Positions 29,830 to 36,803 of a stretch of DNA of 64,000 nt are shown here, one piece after another. Every line of letters begins with the position of its first letter. Within the stretch, counting starts at the first letter, position 1. The stretch lies in NCBI GenBank assembly GCA_022825005.1, contig JAJDYU010000042.1:84949-148948 (forward strand). Reading direction: 5' to 3'. The stretch comes from Acidimicrobiia bacterium. Its GTDB lineage: Bacteria; Actinomycetota; Acidimicrobiia; Acidimicrobiales; Bin134. The position numbers and the translations under genes were made by a program. Below the pieces are notes generated by a model. The model saw only the letters and a program-made list of their open reading frames with translations, was not told the origin of the DNA and ran no database searches.

Positions 29830-30285
29830 GTGAATTCGAGAACGCAGGTGGCCGCGGTAGAGGGGTTGTTTACGCTCGACTCTGACGAGCCTTGGTTGAT
29901 CGGGGGGCGGGCTCGGAGTCGGGGTTCATACTTTTTCCCTAAGTCGCTGGCTGGTTCCGATCCGGCTTGTTTGGGGGACGAGATTGAAGAGGTGCTGCTC
30001 AGCCGGACTGGCGAGCTTTGGTCGTACACCACCGGTGAGTACGCTCCGCCTGCGCCCTATGTGATTCCCGGCGATGAGTTCGAGCCCTACGTGGTTGCCG
30101 CGGTGCGGCTGGCCGAGGAGAACTTGGTGGTGCTGGGCCAAGTGGTAGAAGGCGTATCGGTGGAGGATCTCTCGGTGGGTATGGAGATGGAGTTGGTTAT
30201 CGATGTGCTCTACTCCGATGAGGAGCACGACTACTTGGTATGGAAGTGGGCCCCAGTCGGTACGAGTGAAAATGGAGAACAGTGA
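29830..30285 (+). CDS. DUF35 OB-fold protein (thiolase-associated), Zn-ribbon degenerate
   Basis: 151 aa. C-terminal OB-fold pattern (YVVAAVRLAEENLVVLGQV). Stop overlaps the thiolase start. The N-terminal ribbon retains only 1 of the usual 4 Cys. Confidence 0.8.
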   Translation: MNSRTQVAAVEGLFTLDSDEPWLIGGRARSRGSYFFPKSLAGSDPACLGDEIEEVLLSRTGELWSYTTGEYAPPAPYVIPGDEFEPYVVAAVRLAEENLVVLGQVVEGVSVEDLSVGMEMELVIDVLYSDEEHDYLVWKWAPVGTSENGEQ

Positions 30286-31472
30286 TGGATGACATCGCCA
30301 TTTTGGGTGTGGGGATGCACCCGTGGGGCAAGTGGGGCCGCAACTTCGTGGAGTACGGGGAGAAGGCGGCTCGCGACGCGCTGGCCGACGCCGAGGTGGG
30401 CTGGGACGAGATCCAGTTCGTATCCGGGGCCAACAGCGTGCGCTGTGGCTATCCGGGCTATGTGTCGGCGTCCACCTTCGCCAACGCATTGGGGTTCACC
30501 GGCTGCCAGCTGGCCAGCTCGTACGCGGCCTGCGCCTCAGGAGCCACCGCGCTGAGCATCGCCCGGGCCCAGATCCTGTCCGGGGTATGCGACGTGGCTC
30601 TGGTGGTGGGGGCAGAGTCCACTCCCAAGGGGTTCTTCGCCCCCAATGCCGGTGAGCGCCACGAAGACCCCGATTGGCTCCGGTTCCACCTGGTGGGGGC
30701 CACCAACCCCACATATTTCGCCCTCTACGCCCGGCGGCGCATGGCGCTATTCGGAGACACCTCCGAGGACTTCGCCGCGGTGAAGGTCAAGAACTCCCGC
30801 CACGGGGTGTTCAACCCCAACGCCCGGTACACCAAGGAATACGACGTCGACGACATCGCCAACTCTCCGATGGTGGCCGACCCGCTGCGGCTGCTGGAGA
30901 TCTGCGCTACCTCCGATGGGGGCGCGGCTCTAGTGGTGTCCAGCTTGGAATGGGCCGCCAGCCGGGGAGTGGACAACCCGGTGCGGGTGTCGGGCATTTC
31001 CACCGTTAGCCCCACCTATCCCAACAGCGTGATCGAATTGCCCTATCTGGCATCAGACTCGTGGGCCGCGGCGGGCGACGAAACCATGACCTTCAAGGAC
31101 AACATCGCGGCCCGGGCCTATGAGGAAGCCTCGGTGTCGCCCGAAGACCTGGATTTCGCCGAGGTGTACGACCTGTCGTCGGCCTACGAGCTCGACTGGT
31201 ACGAGCACATCGGGCTGTGCGAGCGGGGCGAGGCCGCCAAACTGCTTAGGGCGGGAGACACCGCGCTGGGCGGCCGCATCCCGGTGAATCCCTCGGGTGG
31301 GCTGGGAGCATTCGGTGAAGCAGTACCGGCCCAGGCCATCGCCCAGATATGCGAGATGGTCTGGCAGCTCCGGGGTGAGGCTGGCCATCGTCAGGTGGAG
31401 GGGGCCAAAGTGGGCCTTTCCATCAACCACGGCATGTTCGGTCACGGTTCCTCAGTGATCTGCACCCGGTAG
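30282..31472 (+). CDS. thiolase-like protein (SCP-x / nonspecific lipid-transfer type)
   Basis: 396 aa. AACASG nucleophile-Cys motif, NPSGG. Start is GTG 30282 or ATG 30285. Confidence 0.88.
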   Translation: MMDDIAILGVGMHPWGKWGRNFVEYGEKAARDALADAEVGWDEIQFVSGANSVRCGYPGYVSASTFANALGFTGCQLASSYAACASGATALSIARAQILSGVCDVALVVGAESTPKGFFAPNAGERHEDPDWLRFHLVGATNPTYFALYARRRMALFGDTSEDFAAVKVKNSRHGVFNPNARYTKEYDVDDIANSPMVADPLRLLEICATSDGGAALVVSSLEWAASRGVDNPVRVSGISTVSPTYPNSVIELPYLASDSWAAAGDETMTFKDNIAARAYEEASVSPEDLDFAEVYDLSSAYELDWYEHIGLCERGEAAKLLRAGDTALGGRIPVNPSGGLGAFGEAVPAQAIAQICEMVWQLRGEAGHRQVEGAKVGLSINHGMFGHGSSVICTR

Positions 31473-31517
31473 GCGGCTCACCCGGTTTTCGGTACGGGGG
31501 AGTTCCCCCTCGCTAGA

Positions 31518-32744
31518 GTGCCCGCCATGGCACCGCCTGATCTGCTCAGTTCCGACGAAGACCGCTACGAGGTGTACCGGGTCTACCGCGACGAATACCC
31601 GTGCTTTCATGATGAGGCTTCCGATACCTGGTTCGTGAGCCGCTACGCCGACGTAGAGCACGTTTTCAAGAACCCGGCGTTCAGCACCGACATGTACGAG
31701 TGGATGATCGAGCCAGCCCACGGGCCGACGCTGCTGTCCAAGCACGGGGCCGAGCACTCCCGCTACCGCAATCTGGTGGCCCCCTTCTTCCGGGGTGCTC
31801 TGCTGGAGGCCGATTTCATGCCCATGATCGAGGCCCAGGCCAAATCCATGATCGACCAATGGCTGGCCGACGGCCAGTGCGATCTGGTGGAGGGGCTGTC
31901 GAGGTACCTCCCCATCAAGGTGATCGTGGCCATGCTGGGCCTGCCCGACGAAGACCACCCCAAGTTTCAAGACTGGTACGAGTCAATCAACCGGTTCGTG
32001 TCAAACATCAACCAGGACCCGGACATCATCGCGGAGGGGGAGCAAACCCGGGTGGAGTTCCAGGAGTACCTGATGCCGGTGATCGCCGAGCGCCGCCGCA
32101 ACCCCGGCAGCGATTTGCTGTCAAATCTGGTCACCGCCGAGATCGACGGGAGCGGCCTGTCGGATATCGAGGTCAAGTCGTTCACCAGTTTGCTGCTCAC
32201 CGCCGGGGGTGAGACCACCGACAAGGCCATCGCCAGCCTGTTCAAAAACCTGCTTGAGCACCCGGACCAACTCGAACAGGTGCGCAATGACCGCTCGATG
32301 GTCACCATGGCGGTGGCCGAGACCCTGCGCTACAGCCCGCCGGCCCACTGGATACAGCGCTTGCCCCACGAGGAGGCAGAGCTTCCCTCAGGCACCGGCA
32401 CCATTCCCGCTGGCGCCACGGTGACAGGCATAATCGGCGCGGCCAATCGGGACGAGCGCAAGTACACCCATACCGATCCCGAGCTGTTCGACGTCAATCG
32501 CAAGGACCTCCCGGCATCCAGCGCCTTCGCCGCCAATGCCGAACACACCACTTTCTGCTTCGGCCGCCACCATTGCGTGGGCTCTTACTTGGCCAAGGCC
32601 GAGATAGAAGCTGCGCTCAATATCGTGCTCGATTGCACTGAAAGCCTCAGACTGGCCGACGGATTCGAGGCCAAGGAGGTCGGAGTATTCCTTCGGGCTC
32701 CCGCCGAGCTCCACGTGGAGTTTGACCCGGTGGGCAGCGGGTGA
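31518..32744 (+). CDS. cytochrome P450
   Basis: LLLTAGGETT I-helix, ETLRY (ExxR), FCFGRHHCVGS heme-Cys loop. Alternative ATG start at 31527. Confidence 0.92.
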   Translation: MPAMAPPDLLSSDEDRYEVYRVYRDEYPCFHDEASDTWFVSRYADVEHVFKNPAFSTDMYEWMIEPAHGPTLLSKHGAEHSRYRNLVAPFFRGALLEADFMPMIEAQAKSMIDQWLADGQCDLVEGLSRYLPIKVIVAMLGLPDEDHPKFQDWYESINRFVSNINQDPDIIAEGEQTRVEFQEYLMPVIAERRRNPGSDLLSNLVTAEIDGSGLSDIEVKSFTSLLLTAGGETTDKAIASLFKNLLEHPDQLEQVRNDRSMVTMAVAETLRYSPPAHWIQRLPHEEAELPSGTGTIPAGATVTGIIGAANRDERKYTHTDPELFDVNRKDLPASSAFAANAEHTTFCFGRHHCVGSYLAKAEIEAALNIVLDCTESLRLADGFEAKEVGVFLRAPAELHVEFDPVGSG

Positions 32745-32838
32745 GGACTCAAGGGGATTGGTGCTGGATAAACGGTTTTCCTACTATTGGAAGATCACAC
32801 GTTGGACAGTTCTTGAATCGTCCAGAGAGGGGACAACA

Positions 32839-34026
32839 ATGAAACGATCCTTGTGGAAGCTGCTGGCTGTTCTGCTGGCGTTCACGCTGGTCGCGGCCGC
32901 GTGCGGTAACGACGATGACGACGCCGCCGACGAGCCAGCGCCCGCCCCGGCCACCGAGGCGCCTGCCCCGGCACCGACCGAGGCGCCCACTGAAGCTCCG
33001 GCCCCTGAGCCCGAGCCAACTGAGGAGATGGCTCCGGAGCTGCCCGACATCACAATCGGGTATCTCCAGTGGATCTACGCCGATGAGGCTGGCAAGCGCA
33101 TTGAGGACGCCGCGAAAGAGGCGGTGGACTTCCTCGGCTGGGGCTGGATCTCATGTGACGCAAATGGCGATCCAGCCCAAATGCCAGTCTGCGGAAACCA
33201 GCTGCTCGACGATGGCATCGATGTGATGCTCACCGACGGCATTCCTGAAGCGTTTATAACTGACGTGCTTGAGCGAGCCGAAGAAGAGGGTGTGCCGGTG
33301 CTGTCGGCTGGCGGCGAGGTGGACCCCCGCAACTTCTACATCGCCAGCTTCGCCTCTGACGACACCGACCTTGGTGTGCAACTCGCCAACTATGTAGCCG
33401 AGCAATTCCCCGGCGGGGCCCGAATCATCGTGCAGGAGGTGCCAACGGCCTGGAGCGATAAGCGCATCACAGGACTCAACTCGGTGATCGAAGGCACTGG
33501 CATCGAGATCGTCGACTTGTGGGAGGGCGATTTTGCCAACTTGGTAGCCGGTACGGAAGCAGACGTGACCACCAAGCTCCAGCAGTTTGAAGATATTGAT
33601 GCTGTATGGATCAACTTCTCAGTCGCATCCATTGGTGCCGCATCGGCTATTGGAGCGCTTTACCCCGATGGTGATGACCCTGATCGGCCGCTTTTGGTCA
33701 CCTTCTACGCCAACCCCACGACGGTCAACGACATTCGTGCTGGGAGAGTTGACGCTGCGGTGGATGAGAAGCTCGAGTGGCAGAGCTGGGCCCAGGTGGA
33801 TGCGGTGGCCGAGCTGTTGGCATTCGGCACTCACCCGAGCCAAGAGCGTGCACCGGACTATGACGGCATCAACTTCTCGGTACGCCAGGTGGTTACCATT
33901 GACACCGTGAACGCAATGCCGGCTGATAGCACAGAGGTTCCGGCGCCAGACCCGCCGGGTGACTACGAGGAGTACTTCCGCAACAAGTGGTGCGGACAGT
34001 TCAGCGGGGTCGCAAACTGCGGATAA
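32839..34026 (+). CDS. ABC transporter substrate-binding lipoprotein (periplasmic-binding-protein type I, sugar/CUT2-like)
   Basis: Start trimmed to MKRSLWKLLAVLLAFTLVAAAC (lipobox), with a GGAGG-like SD upstream. Acidic P/A/T/E linker followed by a PBP-like domain. Followed by a CUT2-type permease and a double ATPase. Confidence 0.8.
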   Translation: MKRSLWKLLAVLLAFTLVAAACGNDDDDAADEPAPAPATEAPAPAPTEAPTEAPAPEPEPTEEMAPELPDITIGYLQWIYADEAGKRIEDAAKEAVDFLGWGWISCDANGDPAQMPVCGNQLLDDGIDVMLTDGIPEAFITDVLERAEEEGVPVLSAGGEVDPRNFYIASFASDDTDLGVQLANYVAEQFPGGARIIVQEVPTAWSDKRITGLNSVIEGTGIEIVDLWEGDFANLVAGTEADVTTKLQQFEDIDAVWINFSVASIGAASAIGALYPDGDDPDRPLLVTFYANPTTVNDIRAGRVDAAVDEKLEWQSWAQVDAVAELLAFGTHPSQERAPDYDGINFSVRQVVTIDTVNAMPADSTEVPAPDPPGDYEEYFRNKWCGQFSGVANCG

Positions 34027-34067
34027 TGCCCTGTTCTTGCACTGTGGCGCATACTTGATGTCTATGG

Positions 34068-34103
34068 TTGAGCCGGCGACAAGCAGTCTTGTCGCCGGCT
34101 CAA
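34068..34103 (+). terminator. perfect 16-bp stem / 4-nt loop hairpin between the SBP and permease genes (intra-operon attenuator or mRNA-stabilising hairpin)
   Basis: TTGAGCCGGCGACAAG-cagt-CTTGTCGCCGGCTCAA. No U-tract follows. Confidence 0.5.
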
Positions 34104-34144
34104 TCGCGCTTGGGAACTAATTCCGACTTGAGGAGGCTTTAGGA

Positions 34145-35143
34145 ATGACTGACACGACCACTCCATCTGAATCGTTGAAGTCTCGTCCTGCCTTCAGTGT
34201 CCTGTCATTTATTTCTCAATATGGGGTCATACTGACTCTCTTAGCCAGTGTAGTGACGTTTGCAATTCTCAATGACCGGTATATAGATCCTGGAATTCGC
34301 AACACTCTCAACATAGCATCTCCATTGCTGCTTCTAGCCTTGGGACTCACTGCGGTTCTTGCAATGGGCGATTTTGACTTGTCCGTTACTGGCATACAGT
34401 CGGCGGCAGGGGCGATTGTCGTGCTCCTTATTGTCAATCATGACTGGTATTGGATTTGGGCAATCCTGATTGGTCTAGCATTCTGTCTTGTTGCTGGTGT
34501 TGTCAACGGCACGTTGGTTTCTTATATAGGAATGCCTTCCTTTATCACTACTCTTGCTACTGGACTGATCTTGTTTGGTACTAGGTATGAGAGTGCTGAT
34601 GGCCGAAATATCACTGGCTCAGAAGATCTACCCGATATCTATCGCGACTTTGGTGTTGGTCAACCGGACCCTTGGCTTTCCTTACATACGCCGGTGTGGA
34701 TTTCTATAGGAATGGCGATACTGCTATGGCTGCTGATGTCTAAGACAGAAGTAGGTCGTTATATGTATGCCATTGGCGGCAATCCTGAAGCGGCAAGATT
34801 ATCCGGCATAAATGTCAAGTTACTACGGGCATCTGGCTTCGTGATTGTTGGCGCAATGGCCCTGGTTGCCGCAGTTACTTCAACAGCAAGGACTGCCTCG
34901 GCAGTAGCTGACAGTGGTTTCTCAACGCTCCTTGGGGCTTATGCGGCAGCTTTTTTGGGAGCCGCAGCCTCAAGGCGTGCGCTATTCAACGTGCCGGGGA
35001 CGGTGCTGGGCGTGATCTTCTTGCAAGCGGTTGACCGGGGCCTAATTTTGGAGGGGTATAGTACCGGAGTTCGGGATATTGCCAAGGGCTGCATTTTGTT
35101 GTTGGCTATGGCGTTTACACGCATTGGCGCTTCCCGGCGATGA
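34145..35143 (+). CDS. ABC transporter permease (RbsC/CUT2-type)
   Basis: 332 aa, multi-TM. YMYAIGGNPEAARLSGINV motif typical of ribose/xylose-type permeases. Markedly AT-richer than its neighbours. Confidence 0.85.
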   Translation: MTDTTTPSESLKSRPAFSVLSFISQYGVILTLLASVVTFAILNDRYIDPGIRNTLNIASPLLLLALGLTAVLAMGDFDLSVTGIQSAAGAIVVLLIVNHDWYWIWAILIGLAFCLVAGVVNGTLVSYIGMPSFITTLATGLILFGTRYESADGRNITGSEDLPDIYRDFGVGQPDPWLSLHTPVWISIGMAILLWLLMSKTEVGRYMYAIGGNPEAARLSGINVKLLRASGFVIVGAMALVAAVTSTARTASAVADSGFSTLLGAYAAAFLGAAASRRALFNVPGTVLGVIFLQAVDRGLILEGYSTGVRDIAKGCILLLAMAFTRIGASRR

Positions 35144-36684
35144 CAACTTCTGCTTTAGCTGTACCGACACCGCTTCTCAATATCTCCGAGGTAACCAAGC
35201 GTTATCCCGGCGTGCTAGCGGTTGACAATGTGTCTCTCTCGCTAGAGGCTGGCCAAATCATCGGGCTGGTGGGTAAGAACGGAGCGGGCAAGAGCACGCT
35301 GATCAAGATTATTGCTGGGGCTGAGTACGCCGATGATGGTTATTTGCACCTCAACGGTGAACCTTTGGAACTGCACCGGCCCCACGATGCCACCGACGCT
35401 GGGCTGGCCTTCGTGCATCAGGACTTGCAAGATGTTGGAGATCTGTCGGTGGCCGAGAACGTGATGTTGGGCTTGGGCTATCCCCGCAAGCTGGGGCTGT
35501 TTGTGGACTGGTCCGAACTTTACCGCCAGGCCGCAGAGACCATTGCCCGCCTGGAAGTAGACATCGATCCCCGGCAACCGGTGGGAGAGCTGAGCGTGGC
35601 CGAGCAGCGTCTGGTGATGATCGCCCGGGGGCTGGCTCAGGAGGCCCAGCTTCTGGTGTTGGATGAGCCCAGTGCATCGCTCACTGATGAGGAGATTGAG
35701 CACCTCTTTGCAGTGGTGCGGCGGTTGCGGGACGATGGAATGGCCGTGGTGTACGTATCTCATCGGTTGGAGGAGGTCTTTGAGCTCACTGAGCGGGTAA
35801 TTGTGATGCGCAACGGCCAGTTGGTGGCCGATGAGGCCACCGCCTCGCTGAACCGGGCTTCGCTGATCTCCCATATCACGGGTCATGAGCACGCCCAAAC
35901 GGCGGCCGAGCGCAGAGCGAGCCGGGGAGTGGGCGGGCGGCCCGATAGCGAAGTGCTGCTTGAGGTGGAAGGGGTGAGCGCCGATACTGGGGTAAACGAC
36001 TGTTCATTTGATGTGCGAAAAGGTGAGATCCTAGGGCTGGGCGGGCTGGTGGGCAGCGGCCGAACCGAATTGGCTCGGGCGGTCTTCGGTGCCGACCATC
36101 GCCAGGAGGGTTCGGTTCGGGTCCACGGGCAAGAGATCAGGGACAACCATCCGGCAGAGTCCATGGCAGCCGGTTTGGCCCTCTTGCCCGAAGACCGCAA
36201 AACCCAGGGCAACATCATGGATTTCAGCGTGAGGAACAACATCACGCTGGCTTCATTGGATCGCCACCGGGTGCGCCCGCGGGTGCCGGCCCCATTGCCG
36301 CGGTCGGAGAAGCAGGCGGCAGAGCGCCGGATCGACCGGTTGAGCATCGCCACCCCCCACGACCGGCAACTAGTGCGGCTGTTGTCAGGCGGGAATCAGC
36401 AGAAGGTGGTTATCGCCAAATGGCTGGAGCAGGGGGCCGATGTACTGATCTTCGATGAGCCCACCATCGGAGTTGATGTGGACGGCAAAGAGGAGATCTA
36501 CGACATCATGGAGGAGCTGGCCGCCGAGGGTAAGGCGGTGGTGTTCATCTCCTCAGAGTTTTCTGAATTAGTCGGCGTATGCCATCGGGTGCTGGTGCTC
36601 CATGAAGGCCGAATCGTCGGCGAGCTTGAGGGTGACGCAGTCACCGAGCCGGCCATCGTGGAAATCTGCTACAGCCAGCACTGA
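35140..36684 (+). CDS. sugar ABC transporter ATP-binding protein (two fused ABC domains, RbsA-like)
   Basis: 514 aa. GKNGAGKST and a degenerate second P-loop GLVGSGRTE. LSVAEQRL and LSGGNQQK signatures. ATGA overlap with the permease stop. Confidence 0.92.
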   Translation: MTTSALAVPTPLLNISEVTKRYPGVLAVDNVSLSLEAGQIIGLVGKNGAGKSTLIKIIAGAEYADDGYLHLNGEPLELHRPHDATDAGLAFVHQDLQDVGDLSVAENVMLGLGYPRKLGLFVDWSELYRQAAETIARLEVDIDPRQPVGELSVAEQRLVMIARGLAQEAQLLVLDEPSASLTDEEIEHLFAVVRRLRDDGMAVVYVSHRLEEVFELTERVIVMRNGQLVADEATASLNRASLISHITGHEHAQTAAERRASRGVGGRPDSEVLLEVEGVSADTGVNDCSFDVRKGEILGLGGLVGSGRTELARAVFGADHRQEGSVRVHGQEIRDNHPAESMAAGLALLPEDRKTQGNIMDFSVRNNITLASLDRHRVRPRVPAPLPRSEKQAAERRIDRLSIATPHDRQLVRLLSGGNQQKVVIAKWLEQGADVLIFDEPTIGVDVDGKEEIYDIMEELAAEGKAVVFISSEFSELVGVCHRVLVLHEGRIVGELEGDAVTEPAIVEICYSQH

Positions 36685-36803
36685 TCACCCTGTTACGCTG
36701 GGGTTTCTCGGTTTGTGGTGTGGGTTATGTCACTGCCGATCATTACTGTGTTCGGCCACGGGCTCTGTTGAGCCGAGATGAATACTAAATCCACGAGGCG
36801 GGT

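Noticed and set aside
31518-32744. Suspicion that the two paralogous P450s (31518 and 57519) have an aberrant heme-binding loop
   Set aside because: On inspection both have a canonical FxxGxHxCxG loop (FCFGRHHCVG, FALGRHFCVG), ExxR and the I-helix acid-alcohol pair. There is no anomaly.
32745-32838. Mobile-element signatures at the borders of the lower-GC sugar/peptidase block (also 39801-39811)
   Set aside because: I found no integrase or transposase ORF, no tRNA and no recognisable direct or inverted terminal repeats by eye. I report only a compositional anomaly and do not call a mobile element.
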